From Phyllosticta citribraziliensis (lineage: Eukaryota), in contig NW_027117349.1 of the NCBI RefSeq assembly GCF_038025025.1, forward strand, positions 248,001 to 312,000: DNA of 64,000 bases. The letters are read 5' to 3'. The notes under the pieces are model-generated. The model saw only the letters and a program-made list of their open reading frames with translations. It did not search any database and was not told the origin of the DNA. Positions 49,612-62,850 of this stretch are shown here, piece by piece (position 1 is the stretch's first letter; each line of letters begins with the position of its first letter). Position numbers and translations under genes: made by a program.

Positions 49612-50788
49612 ATGGACGTCGTACTCGAGGCCTTCGACGCCTACCTCTTCGACTATGTCTACGCCTTTTTGCTCCCCAGTCCCGTCGCGACAAAGTTGAC
49701 CAACGGCGCCGACTTCAATGCCACCCTGAACAACATGGCCGACATTCCCTCGCCCCAGGGCTCGTGGCAATTCGAACCCGCCAGCGAATACTTGTCCTTC
49801 CCCCCCTCCAAGTACGCCTGGATGAGCCGCTGGGCGCGCGATGATATGATGAGGCAGACGACGACCTTGTTCCTCATTACCTGGTGAGTTCTCTCGACAT
49901 CGCTGGCGGCGAATCTCGCATTGACTCAGTTGCGCCAGGCTTTTCGGAATCGTCATCTACTTCGTCTTCGCATCCTTGTCCTACGTTTTCGTTTTCGACA
50001 AGTCCACATTCGCGCACCCCAAGTACCTCAAGAACCAGATCTCTCTCGAAATCGCCCAGACGATGCGCGCCCTTCCCGTCATGGCTGTCTTCACCGTGCC
50101 CTTTTTCGTCGCCGAGGTGCGCGGCTACAGCAAAATGTATGACACAACCATCGAGGGTCCAGGAATGTGGTACAACATCATCCAATTCCCCTTCTTCATC
50201 ATGTTCACCGACTTCTGCATCTACTGGATTCACCGCTGGCTCCACCACCCCAAGATATACAAGCACCTGCACAAGCCGCACCACAAGTGGATTATGCCCA
50301 GCCCGTACGCTAGCCACGCGTTCCACCCGCTCGACGGCTACGCCCAGTCGCTGCCCTACCACGTCTTCCCCTTCCTGTTCCCCCTCCAGAAATTCGCCTA
50401 CGTCATTCTCTTTACCTTTGTCAACATATGGACCGTCATGATCCACGACGGCGAATACGTTGCCGAGAGCCCGATTATCAACGGCGCGGCTTGCCACACG
50501 ATGCACCAGTAAGACACTTCCATCCTTCTCAACCGCTAACGCTAATCCCTGCTTAGTCTCTACTTTAACTACAACTACGGCCAGTACACGACCCTGTGGG
50601 ACCGCCTGGGAGGCTCGTACCGCAAGCCCAATGACGAGCTGTTCCGCAAGGAGCTCAAGATGGCGCAGTCCGAGTGGGACAAGCAGTCCAAGGAGATGGA
50701 GCGCATCGTCAAGGAGGTCGAGGGCGAAGACGACCGCAGTTACGACCCCAACCCGACCGCCAAGAAGGAGGCCAAGAAGGTGCAGTGA
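49612..50788 (+). CDS. ERG3: C-5 sterol desaturase
   Basis: MDVVLE start and His boxes [28 protein letters not shown] and [11 protein letters not shown]. Introns 49884-49938 and 50509-50556. Confidence 0.96.
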
Positions 50789-52521
50789 GTGACGCGGGAG
50801 ACGTCCCGGGGGCGAAAGGCGAGCGCATAGTCACAGTGCGCCATTCCGTCCCCGCGGAGGAAGATGCCGATGCACTATGCACACGCTTTGCCAGGCCGAC
50901 GGGAGAGTGGATGTTTTGGGTCTCTGACAGTCGCGTCGAGGCTAGCGTGTCGGTAGGCGAGCGTGTGCGCGCATTGGCATCTGGAGCGTTGAGAGCGATG
51001 GTTGCAAACTTGTCGCCCATCATCTGCGGAGCCCGTCTGGCCCCGTCACATCACTTTAGTAAAGCAGCACCACCCACACCCCACAGGCCCATGGTAGGAA
51101 CCGCGAGGCATCCAGACCCGCCTCATCGATCCAGCACACTGGGGAAGACGCACTGTCTCGTGCACCCCCCTTTGTCGGGATCGATCCTAGCCATGGACCC
51201 ACCGTTGGTCTCGTCGCCTCGGTACCGCCCACGCGGAACGGCGCGTCAACCCTCTGACGTCGCCTCTCGTCGGGTTGGTATACTTGCGAGCCACGGAATT
51301 TGCAGTCAAATGGCCAAAGTCAAGAGTGATTTTGGTCGTTTTGGGCTGTGTCAAACAGGCATTGTCCTGACCTTTTTGCCTTTCTACCTGTTTAATCACG
51401 TTTTTAATACCAGCCCATTCGTTTACCTATGAGCATTGTCTACTTTGCCAAACCAGCGCACGAAAAGAAAAAGGGGAAATTCCTCCTCCCCTGTTTTGTC
51501 GCCATTGGCAGCGACGAGTCGATGCTTTGGGACAGCTTGCGTTGTCATGCGTTGGTTGACTTGTTGGCTGACTGGCTGACGCATCCTCCCCTCAGCACAC
51601 TGCCGTCTGACTTTGGTTTTTGGCCTTGCGCTGTCCTGCTTTTCGACAACCCACCCCGGAGGAACTCAAGATCATGTCTCTAGCCCCTGCTTGTTTTCCT
51701 TTCCCTTCTCAGGAGGTGGATTGAAGACGTGGCGCGTGCGAGACAACCAAGCCTGTCATCGGTACCGCAGATGACTTTGGCAACTCACGTCCCGTCTTGG
51801 TTGACGAGTCAGGCGGCAGAAACAAGAGAGCACGAGCAATTCTGGGGCGCTGGTCTTCGTCGTGCGGACCCAGTCCGCGCCAAGTCACTTTGCTGGATGT
51901 CGGTTTGGCTTCCAGCAGAGTCGCAACCGACGGAGTACCTGCGTTTGGTCTTTACGATTGAAGCGAGCTACAATAATACGAACGACAGTCTTTTCTGAGC
52001 ACCATTTTCTGCTGCTTGCTTGCTGCGTCGAGTGGCTTGCTGCGTCGCGTGATTGAAACGTCGTGAAGCGGATGTCGCGTTGTTTTGCTGAACGGATATC
52101 CAAAGACCCCTAACGTCATGCCTTCCCCCTTGCTCTTGACGCTCCCCTGGATGTGTGGCTCTCTTGCTACATTACTCAACCGTCTCAGCGAGTTTGGTCC
52201 AGCCGCCTTTCACTGTCGGTCCACCTTCGTTGGTCCAGTCCAAAGCTGTCGGTCCGGTCCAATGTGTCTACATGTCTGAAGTTATACTCTGTTCCCCAAA
52301 AAGGGGAAATGGTGGTCGTGATACACTCATTTTTCATACATTGGATGCGTCTACAAAGATCAAGAGAGTCGTCTATCCCGCACCAAGCCCAGACCCAAGA
52401 AAAACTCCCGTGAATGCAACTACTTGCTTGCCTGGTCTCATTCGGTGGAAGCAGGCAGAAAGGCATGCTTCATGTGTCGTCATGGCTCAAGCTGAACTCC
52501 TCCCTCCCCACCTCACTGCCC

Positions 52522-54270
52522 TCAAAGCGTCGGCGTCGTGGGCGCCTCCGGCATGCTCCCAGGCATCGACCTCGCCACACCAGACGCAGGCGACGGCGAC
52601 CCACTCCGCCAGTCGCCCCTCGCGCTCGCCTCTCGACTGCTATGCGGAAAAGTGCCCGTGCTGCGCAGACGCAGGTTGCCGGGCCTCGTCGCCTCGGACT
52701 CGCCGCGCATGGAGCGCGTGCGCTCGAGCTTTTTGGCGCGCTGCTCCGCCTCGCGCATCTTTTGGCCCTCGGCCGCCATGCGCGCTTCCAGCTCGTCTGC
52801 GGGGACGTGGGACGAGCGGTTGGCGGTCGCCGCGGCCTGTTTGCTGGCGTTTGTTGCGGTGGTTGTGCTGGTGGCAGCAGCAGCGCCAGGGGGAGTTGCG
52901 GTCCCATTGCCACCGCTACCGCTGCCGCGGAGGTTCTTCAAGCTGCCGCGCTCAGCGGCGCCAGGCTTGGGTCGTGGAGGTGACGCGTCCATGGCTGGAG
53001 CAGGTCCACCTGCTGTTTGATTCTCGTGGCGTCCGCCCTCGCCCGCGTCCTCCTTGCCGCTGAGATCGGCGTCGGCTGCTTCGTCTTCTCCGCCGCGGGT
53101 GTTGCGCTTGCGCGGCCAGAGGCTGGGTAGGAGGATTTGCTGGAAGCGCGGCTCGACGCAGCGCTCGTCGAACCAGGTGTGCAGGCGCGACTCGATGAGT
53201 TGGGCGATTTTTGGGACATCTTGGAGGCGCGAGCGCGATCCGAGCAGAGAGCGGACGGACAGGTCGAGACGGTAGTCGTCAAGAAAGGTGAAGGCGAGGG
53301 TAGTGGGCGTATGGGTATGGGAGGATGTCGAGTTTCTTGAGTTGCTGGGGTCGGCGTGGTCGTCGTCGTCGTCGTTTGAGCTGGGTGGTTGAGCAGAGGG
53401 AATAAAAGACACGGCGAGCTGCGTATAGGTTTAGTATGAGCAACTGAGAGCGGGTAAAGGGGGCAAGCTTACCGTGCCGCTGAATCTTATAACAGACACG
53501 GCCAGCGCGACTGGTAGCGTAGCAACCTGAGGTTTCGGCCAATTCAACTTGAGCGTCGTCTCAATGCCCAGGGTGATGGCGTCGCTCAGATCCACGTCCA
53601 TCCTGGCCTGCAGTCTTCCCTCGCTCGAGCTGCTGCCCTCGTTCTTGCTTGGACTCCCCAGGCCAAAGCCTCCATCCTCAACGGGAATTATCCTACAGTT
53701 GCTAAATATAGGAAACTCGTCCCCCAGCTCGATTTCCGTGACGCGAATCTCGCCGAGCCAGTCTGGTCTTGTGGGTCCATTCAAGATGTTGGTCAGGGAC
53801 GTGAGCACAGCACCATCCTGCCGCGCATCTGCCCGGAGTTGTGCAATGGTTTGCGCAACCAGGACATTGAACCAGTCCAAGCTCTCGGGCTGGTGGCCTT
53901 TGACATTATAGTAGGTTTTGGCTAGTATTGTATCGCTCGTGACTGGCGGAGGCGGTCGGAGAATCGTGCTGTGTTTGTGGCGGAGGAGCGATGAGTTGGG
54001 ACCAAGACTGCGTTGGTGGGATAAAGTGCGTTGTCGGCGTTCTGCACCGCGCGTCGCATGGCGGACTTCAGGCGGTGGTGGCTCGCCAAAGATGAAGAAT
54101 TTGATGAAGCAGAATATTATCAGAGTTATCGATATTTGTCCGAGCAAAAATCCCTGCGTGAAGGAGAGGCTAGAGGACTGCGGTGCTGGGGTTGGAGCTA
54201 TGAGTCAATGTTAGCGCAATGCAGTTCGTATCGGGTTGCGGGCTTCATAAATACCAGTCGCCGCAGCCAT
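52522..54270 (-). CDS. MMM1: ERMES subunit Mmm1
   Basis: [13 protein letters not shown] anchor, [18 protein letters not shown] domain, [18 protein letters not shown]. Introns 54198-54254 and 53419-53472. Confidence 0.94.
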
Positions 54271-54706
54271 GGGAGCTGATCGTGGGTTGATTGTTTTTTG
54301 GTCAACGAATACGCATTGCACCAGGAGGGTTTGCTAGTTGGGAGTCCTGGAAATGTCTGGGATGGAGGGACGCGACTTTGGCTCGGCGGCGGAAATCCTC
54401 CGCAATGACGTTGGCGAAAGCAGTCGAATCGACGCGGGTGGAAAGGACGTGGCCGACAAGCACGAATCTCTCAGCTCCAAATCGACAGCAACATTTCTTG
54501 AAGGCTCCAATGGCGCTTTTTTCGGTCCAAGCAGCTACTAAGATCATGTTGTCCGCATCTTCGAATTTACAGACGCCGTGTTAGCTGTCAACCCAGTATT
54601 CCGAATTCACCTCCGCGGCAACCACCTCTGCCGTCCTAGTCGTCGCGGCTCACGTCTCGCGCTTGGGGCACTCCGCAACTGTCAACCCTCGAATCAACAC
54701 ACCGCC

Positions 54707-55849
54707 ATGAATGACGACGCTGACAGCCCCTCGCTCTCTCCTGCCGCTGCATCGCATCAGCCGCGACTTCGTCTGCCTGCAACCTGCGAGCCGCCGACCG
54801 AGAACAATCCGGCAAAACAAGCAGTATGGATCATCTTCGGAGCTACCGGCCACATGGGACGCTCCTTGACTCGGTGCGCTCTGGGACACGGCGACCAAGT
54901 AGCCGCCGTGGGCTGGACGCAAGAGAATTCCGTCGAGCAGATGAAGCGCTGGGAGGCCCATGAGCGCAGCAACAAGAATTGCCTCGGCCTGCTGTGCGAC
55001 GTCCGCGCCAGGGAGACTGTCAAGGACGCAATAGACGCAACTGTGAAGAGATGGGGCAGGATAGACGTTGTGGCAAACTGCACCGGATATGGAGTGATAG
55101 GGGCCTGCGAGGAACAGGACGAGGCTGAACTCAGAGCCCAGGTCGAGACCAATTTCTTCGGCACGGTGCACATCTTGCAGCTTACGCTTCCGCTCTTCCG
55201 CCAACAACAGCACGGGAGGTACCTCATCTTCAGTAGCACGGCGGGAGCATTGGGCGTACCAGGACTGGGACCGTATTGTGCGACCAAGTACGCCGTGGAA
55301 GGGCTAATTGAGAGCATGTTGTACGAGATTGATACGTTCAATATCAAGGCAACTCTTGTAGAGCCTGGCCACGTGCGGTTGGATGAGCCGGAGGACCCTG
55401 GAGCAGATGACGGTGTGATACTTAAAAGATATGGCCACTTTTTTGTAAAGCCAGCCAGAGAACCGTACAATGGACCAAATGCACCAGCAGGACACGCCAA
55501 GCGGATGGTTCAATGGCTCAATGACAGACAACCCACAAGTGCGGTCAAGAGTGCGGAGCTCGTCTGGCAGCTCGGACATTGCTCGTATCCCCCGCTGCGG
55601 TTGCTTCTGGGCAGCTATGCGGTGGACAGCATAAGAGATCGGTTACGCAGCATCATTGAAGAGGTGAGCACACGTCTCGAGGCGAAGGTGTTCTTTCCGT
55701 CAGAATGTTGTTGTCTCTCGACATTTACGACAGTCGACTAATGCGTTCATTAGATAGAGGATTGGAAGCATCTCAGTTTCCCTGTTGGTGCAGAGGAAGA
55801 GAGCAAGCAGCCCAAGAAGTCGACGAATGAGGAGGAGGGGGTAGATTGA
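54707..55849 (+). CDS. Short-chain dehydrogenase/reductase
   Basis: FGATGHMG Rossmann motif, SST and catalytic YCATK. Intron 55664-55753 gives ...IIEE-IEDWKHLSFP. Confidence 0.9.
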
Positions 55850-56362
55850 CAAGACACGACTACCCACCAATATATTCAGCCAGCCTCTCTCGGCCTTAAG
55901 ACAAACAAGCCATTCCGTTTTCCCGCGTACAAAATCTGTCTCCCATCGTCGCCTCCAAACGATTCCCGTGGCCTTGTTGAATCATCTGGCCGACCAGCTA
56001 CCGTGGAACCTCCAAGTCAGTCAAACCTTGGATCCAGGCGACAGAATCCCATCCAGTCTAGTGGCATTGTTATCTTTGGAACATGACAATGAGATTTCAT
56101 CACCGGCTACTACGCCGGCCCAAATCCATCCAGCAGCGCTCCTCAACATCACAGGCGAGTTTCAACTTTGGACTGCTAGTCCAGTCAAAACCACAACGCA
56201 TCAGTAATGTAAGCCGTCGAGATCAACCGCAGCTGCTTAAAAAGCTCTTGCTACTCCCGCTCATTCTGGTGCAAGAAACACAGATACGAGCATCACATCT
56301 CTCTGCACACTGCCTCAACAACAAGACAACTACCACCAAGCGACAAAACACAAAACGCGGAA

Positions 56363-56892
56363 ATGTCATCCAATAACAGCACACCCAGCTCCTCTCGTAG
56401 CCCCTCCCCCTGCTTTTCCGTCTGTTCGAGCACGACGAGCATGGACACTCTCCTCGAGGATATTGGCGACGTACAACAGTTCAACAACTGGGCCCCGATG
56501 CCCACGCTGGTCCCCGTGACCAACGTCTCGAATGACTTCATCCCACCACCACAATGTAAGCGGCATCCCCCTTTCCCTTTTAGACGATTTTGAGGACTTG
56601 AGTTACGTGACTGACACTCTTAGCAGTCATTCCTGTCAGGACCGTCCTTTCCGTCACTGCCTTCGTTTCCATCATGTTAAAAGTCATGGTGTTAGTGCTT
56701 CTGTTCTCCGACATGATCCTAGCGCCGGTCTCGTTCACGAACAAGCTTTGGTTCGGGGCAGGACTAGGGGCCGAAGTGGCGTTGGTCGAAGTGGTCTTGG
56801 TCAAAGTAATTTTCGCAATTTTGGCTTGGGAGAGCGGTTACGGACGGCGGGGACGGAGGAATCGTGACATTGCGTTTTTCCCATCGTTTTGA
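56363..56892 (+). CDS. Hypothetical small membrane protein (~152 aa)
   Basis: Intron 56556-56623/56626 (GTAAGC..CTGAC..TAGCAG) joins a Ser-rich exon in frame to an exon with two hydrophobic segments and a basic tail. Confidence 0.55.
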
Positions 56893-57061
56893 TGATGGAT
56901 CTTGCTGAACGCGGACAACGCACAACGTGCAATACGCAATTGTAGCTATGGGTTGTGGAGTTTTTATACGTCATTTCATTTGGATTCAATTGGTCCTTTC
57001 AAATCATTGGAGGTGTCTATTTTTTACTCATTCCCGCGATTGCCGAATAGCAACGTCAAAT

Positions 57062-58683
57062 TTAGGAAACGACCTTCTCAATCATCTCAATACCGTACTT
57101 CTCCTTGAGCTCCTTGATGAGCGGGTCGTTAATGGCCGGGGTCATGGGGGCGAGAATGCCCTTGTCGGCAATCTTGCCCTCAATGACGAGCTTGACGGCG
57201 ACGGCGCAGGGGACACCGACGAGCTTGGCCATGGCCGAGTAGCCACCCGAGCCCTCGGGCTGGCCGTACTCGACGAGAGTCGAGGTGCGGACCTCGCTGG
57301 AGCCGTCGGCGTTCTCGATGCCGAACTTGTGCTGCAGCATGACCATGTCGCGCTCGCCCTTGGTGTACTGCATCTTCTTCTCGAGCGTGGCGCACAGCGT
57401 GTCGAGCGGGTTGCCGCGCGGCTCGACGGGCGTGTCGCTGAAGACGCCGATCCAGCGCAGGCCGTTGACGATGCGGTTCTTCTCTTCCGTGTCGGCGAAG
57501 CTGGTCTTGCTGCTAATGGCCCACACCAGGTCCGACTCGCCGGCAGTCGACGCGCCCAGGACGCGCTTGGTGACTTCGCGCCACGACAGCGGCGTGCTGC
57601 CGGGCTTGAGGTAGTCGACCTCGGCGTCGGAGAGGAAGCCCATGTCGACGAGCGTCTTGATGAACTCGGGGAAGCCCTGGTAGCGCAGGGTGCCGCGCAC
57701 AATGGTGTCGGCCTCGGGGATGCTGTAGCGCTCCTTGTAGGGGGTCGAGTCACGGTTGGGGTAGGCAACGAAGGCGTAGCCAGGGTAGATGAAGTAGGGC
57801 TTGGCGGTCGACATGAGGTCCTTGGACTCAATGTCGACGACCTTGCCGTCCTTCCAGTACTTGGCGGCGTTGCGGAGGGCCAGGAGGACACCGCGCGACG
57901 ACCACGAGAACTTGTAACCCAGGGGGTTGTCCGAGTTCTCGGGGGCGGGCAGACCACCGCAGTACGAGAGGAAAGACTTGATCTTGCCGCCGGCCCTGTG
58001 GACCTCGTCAATGGTCTTGACGGCGTACAGGTGGTCAACACCGGGGTCAAGGCCAATCTCGTTCATGACGGTAATGCCGGCCTCCTTGGCAGCAGCGTCA
58101 AGCTCCATCATGGCGGGAGAGACGTAGCTGGTGGTGACGACATGCTTCTTCTATGGGGGTGTTAGAATTGAACCTCCTCACGATCCAGCTTTCAGGTAGA
58201 CTTACGTTACGGATAGCAGACTTGATGACGGTGGCGTGGTGGGTGTAGGGGATGAGAGAGATGGTCTGTCAATGTGAGCTTGTTGTCTTGAGGAAAAGGT
58301 TGAGTTGTCAATCACCAGAGCATGCTTGCCGACCTCAGCGTCAAGAGCCTTCTCGTCAGAGACGTCAAGGGAAATGGCAGAGGCGTGCTTGATGCCCTCG
58401 GAGAACTTCTTGGCGTTCTCGAGGGTACGGCAGGCTGTTCACAGTGTTGGTGCACAGTCCAGTGGTAGATGAGTAGCTAGCGGACTTACCAACAGTGACC
58501 TATAGGACTGGTTAGCGCGGACATTGGACGCAAGGACCTGGTTTCCTCACCTTGAAGCCGGACTCGCTCAGAATCTCAGCGGTGGGACGGGCAACTGGAT
58601 CGGCAGTTAGAGGAATGGGCGTAATAGGCGGAAGAATGAGAAATACCAAAGCCAGAGCCGAGCAGCAGGATGGACTGGGTCAT
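57062..58683 (-). CDS. LYS9: Saccharopine dehydrogenase (glutamate-forming, saccharopine reductase)
   Basis: MTQSILLLGSGFVARP, ISLIPY, VTTSYVS, NEIGLDPGVDH, SYCGGLP, YKFSWS, RGTLRY. Five coding introns clustered at the 5' end and a probable 5'UTR intron 58716-58824. Confidence 0.95.
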
Positions 58684-59217
58684 TTTGATGATGATTCACG
58701 TATCACAAAAATAACCTGGGGAAAAAGTATGAGCAATCAATTGCTTGGACTCAAAACAAAACCGAAAAGTCAAGGAGCGTAGGAGAGCAGAGGTGTGGAG
58801 GTGGAGAACAAAGACTTGAAGTACCTTTGTAGAGTTGAGGGTGACGGAGATGTCGCAGGGCGTGCTCTGGATGCGTGTCGGGCGACACTCAAAAAAGTTC
58901 GGTGTTCAGGGTGGGGTGTTGGTCCACCGCCCAAGGCGGCAGCCAATTGCGGGACGAAGCCTGAAGCTGCCCTGAGGCGGGGCACTAATGGAGACGGAGC
59001 TTGGGCCACGTCCGGCGCCATTGTTTTTCCAGTTCCCTCCGCTTTCTTTTCTTCTCATCCGGCCACGACGCGTTCTTCGGCGTCTGCTCTTCTTTTCTTT
59101 CCATCGGCTTCCAGTCAGCCCGCGTCTATGACTCCTGCGCGTGGCTCGACGACTGCCCACCAACACTCAACACCTGTCGACCTCCTCATTTGACCTTGCT
59201 AACCAACAACATCCACC

Positions 59218-60373
59218 ATGGACGCTTTCTGGGCTCTGCCGCCGGTGACGAGGTACGTCGTCTATGCGCGCCGATCCTCCGACTCCTCAACTGACACTCT
59301 CCAGGACGATTGTGGCAGCGTCTCTCGTCACCTCCGTCGGCGTCTACAGTGGTCTTGTGCCCTTCCCGCCCTTGGTCTTCATCCCATACCGGGTCTTCAG
59401 GTTCCCGCCAGAAATCTGGAGAGTTGTGACTTCGTTCTTCATAACCGGCCCGCAACTTGGTATCATCATGGACCCGTACTTTCTCTACCAGTATGGCTCG
59501 CAGCTTGAGACTGGCTCGCCAAGGTTCTCTGAGCCTGGCTCCTTTTTCGTGTACATTGTGTTTGTCGGGGCTGTCATCTTGGTAAGTTTCTTGCAGTCAT
59601 GCTGTGCACCGTCTTCCAGCCTTTCTGCCCTTGGTCGGCTCCCCCTAGATAGTACAAGCTACACCCTGGATTATCTGCCCGCCCAGCCTTTTCTAGCTGA
59701 AGCGGTTCCTGGAACCAGGGAAGATTACCGCTGCACTTCGCACGAGCCATCATTCGCATACCTTACTTCGGCTCGTGTGCGGTGTAGCCATGGTGGGATC
59801 GTCAGTTGAGATAACGTCTGCGGTCTTCCATGTCGCAGAGGTGGTTTTGGCTCCCTACATGCTTTCCATCCGAATCGTCGTGCTTCTGAGCGTGAAAGGC
59901 TTCGTCAGACAGAGTTACTAACTCCTGTCAAGGGCCTGGCCGGCTATGTCCTCGGTGCCTTCAAATTCCTTGACGCCCTCATCATGGCAATCACGTACAC
60001 ATTTGCTCAGGAGAACGCCAACAGCATGGTCACCTTCTTCGTCATCACCATCCAAGCCAAGTACTTGCCCTACCTACTGCTCATGGTCACGTTTGTCATG
60101 GGAGGCACGGGAGCAGCATTGCACCAAGGAACTGGACTCTTTGCTGCCCATCTTTACGACTTTCTGACGCACATTTGGCCAACGTTCGGAGGGGGCAGAA
60201 ACTACATCAGCACACCGAGATTTGTGAGGAATTGGTTCGCTGGCAGTGGCGTCCGGCCTACTCCTCAGACTCGAGGTTACGGCACGTCATTTGCTGCACC
60301 AACAGAGGGTCGCAGTACCGGCACAAGCTGGTCTAGCACTCGCGGGCCAGGTCGTCGTTTGGGAGGAGATTGA
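59218..60373 (+). CDS. Derlin (Der1/Dfm1 family) ERAD membrane protein
   Basis: LPPVTR, EIWRVVT (WR motif), AKYLP, GLFAAHLYDFL and C-terminal GPGRRLGG (SHP-box-like). Introns 59253-59304 and 59582-59932. Confidence 0.9.
59694..59914 (+). ncRNA. Candidate intronic box H/ACA RNA
   Basis: Hairpin-hinge-hairpin-tail layout: hairpin 1 closed by TAGCTGA/TCAGTTG, H box AGATAA 59809-59814, hairpin 2 closed by TCTG/CAGA, ACA 59909-59911 just before the branch site TACTAAC. Confidence 0.6.
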
Positions 60374-60772
60374 GCTGACTGTTGATCGTTGATATGATAC
60401 AATTCAATGCAGACAGTATTAGTACTGACTTTTTTTGGTGTTGTCTGGTGACTCGAAAATGATGCGTGCAATCCTGCCAGTGACATGTGATGAAGCCATT
60501 GACTTGACCTGAGAATCGCCAGCCAAAGAATCGACGACCAAAGACGTGGTCGTTGAGCGTTGTGGCTTAGGTAATAGGGCGGTGAGGTGGTCGGCGCACT
60601 GGGGAAACTGGCTCGCCGAGAGAGCGCACGGGCCAGTAAAAATTTCGAGGTGCAGCTTTGGTTTGCGTCGCGACTCTCAACTCCAACCGCGAACACTGCC
60701 ACTCCAACAGAGGCAACAAGAAACGTCCAGCATCAACGGAAGGGGCTGCCAAAGCGAATTCTCATATCCACA

Positions 60773-62277
60773 ATGGCCGCCATAGTCCCTGCCCAGGATG
60801 CGGACTACACCATCAAACCGCAAGCCGTTACGCCCAAGATCGACACCAGCGAATGGCCCCTCCTGCTGAAGAACTACGACAACTTGCTCGTCCGCAGCGG
60901 TCACTTTGTCCCGATCCCCCACGGTTGCGCTCCCCACAAGCGTGACCTGAAGAGCTACATCTCCTCCGGTGTCATCAACCTCGACAAGCCCGCCAACCCT
61001 TCCAGTCACGAAGTCGTCGCGTGGATCAAGAGAATTCTTCGCGTCGAAAAGACCGGTCACAGCGGCACCCTCGACCCCAAGGTCACCGGCTGCTTGATTG
61101 TCTGCATCGACCGTGCCACTCGTCTCGTCAAGTCTCAGCAGGGCGCTGGTAAGGAGTACGTCTGCGTCATCCGTCTCCACGACAAGCTTCCCGGCGGCGA
61201 GGCCCAATTCGCACGCGCTCTCGAGACTCTCACCGGAGCCCTGTTCCAGCGTCCTCCTCTGATCTCGGCCGTCAAGCGCCAGCTCCGTATCCGAACCATT
61301 CACGAGAGCAAGCTGATCGAGTTTGACAATGACCGCCACCTTGGTGTCTTCTGGGTCAGCTGCGAGGCCGGTACCTACATTCGTACTCTCTGCGTTCACT
61401 TGGGTCTGCTGCTAGGTGTTGGTGCACACATGCAGGAGCTCAGGCGTGTGAGGAGTGGTGCTATGAGCGAGAATGACAACTTGGTCACCCTTCACGACGT
61501 TCTCGACGCCCAGCACGTCCACGACAACAACTTGGACGAGTCGTACTTGCGCCAGGTCATTTCTCCGCTCGAGTCGCTCCTTACCTCCTACAAGAGGATC
61601 GTCGTCAAGGACAGCGCTGTCAACGCCGTCTGCTACGGTGCCAAGCTCATGATTCCAGGCTTGCTCCGCTTCGGTAAGTTCATGTGATTGGATTTTTCCT
61701 ATGCTTCAGACTAACGTTTGTAGACCGCGACATTGAAGTTCACGAGGAGGTCATCCTGATGACCACCAAGGGCGAGGCCATTGCCCTCGGCATCGCCCTC
61801 ATGTCCACGGTTGAGATGACCACTTGCGACCACGGCGTTGTTGCCAAGATCAAGCGCGTCATCATGGAGCGCGACCTCTACCCCAAGCGCTGGGGTCTCG
61901 GCCCGGTTGCTACTGAGAAGAAGAAGCTCAAGGCCGACGGAAAGCTTGACAAGTACGGCAGGACCAACGAGAACACTCCGGCCCAATGGAAGAGCGACTA
62001 CAGGGACCTCTCCGCCGCTGAGCAAGCTTCGGTCCAGCCCGTTGCCGCAATCCCTTCTAAGCCTGCCGCCCCGTCTGCTGACGCCGAAGAGCTTCCTGAC
62101 GCTCCTGCGCCGGCATCTGTCAACGGGGACGAGTCCAAGGACAAGAAGAGGAAGAGCAAGCACGACGGCGAGACAGCGGAGGAGAAGGCTGAGCGCAAGC
62201 GCAGAAAGGCCGAGAAGAAGGAGAAGAAGGAGCGCCGCAAGTCGCAAAAGTCGGCCAAGGACAGTGACAGCGACTAA
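60773..62277 (+). CDS. CBF5: H/ACA RNP pseudouridine synthase Cbf5/dyskerin
   Basis: [37 protein letters not shown] domain and KKE-rich tail. Intron 61674-61723. Confidence 0.97.
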
Positions 62278-62850
62278 GCTTGTAGCCTTGCGCTGCGAGT
62301 GTTTATGCAAAAATCGGAGGATGCGTAGTTTTGGGAGGGATGCAATTACGGTTGGACTATGGGAAGACGCGGCGAGCTTTCAAAAGGGGAGCTGTTGAAG
62401 CTGTACCATACCATCATTGCGGACGGTGGAGTTTGCGGGTTCTGAAGGCGTAATATGGTCACGGACTGGGAACTGGATGCTTGTTCATAAGCGCTTGAAT
62501 GCGAAAAACAGACGATTTCAGCATATGACGTTGGGCGTGAGCACTGATGGGTCCAGTCAAGGCCCATCGCAGATCGTGAAATGCGGTGGTGGTGCGGCCT
62601 GCGGGCTGGGGTCTGTGCGCGTGGGCCGGGGAGCTGTGGTCGAAGCTGCTAGAAGGACCTGGGGTCTCTACGGCCAGTGGCCAAACCTGCCTTGCGCTTG
62701 TATGTAACCACTACCCGCGTCCGCTCATTCACCTCGCTGTCTATACCATCCTCAACTACAACGTCGACTCCGACTCGGTTACAAACTCTCCATTTCCGAC
62801 CACTCTACTCCCTTCCCTCAACACCTCTCCAACACCCTCGAATCCTCACA

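Noticed and set aside
55847..55900. Stop-codon readthrough or cryptic PTS1 in the metabolic genes
   Set aside because: No TGA-CTA context or SKL-type terminus found after the stops of the SDR, ADH, HIS3 or LYS9.
56927..58165. Long ORFs antisense to LYS9 (likewise those antisense to ARB1 and CBF5)
   Set aside because: Shadows of strong GC3 codon bias in the real genes.
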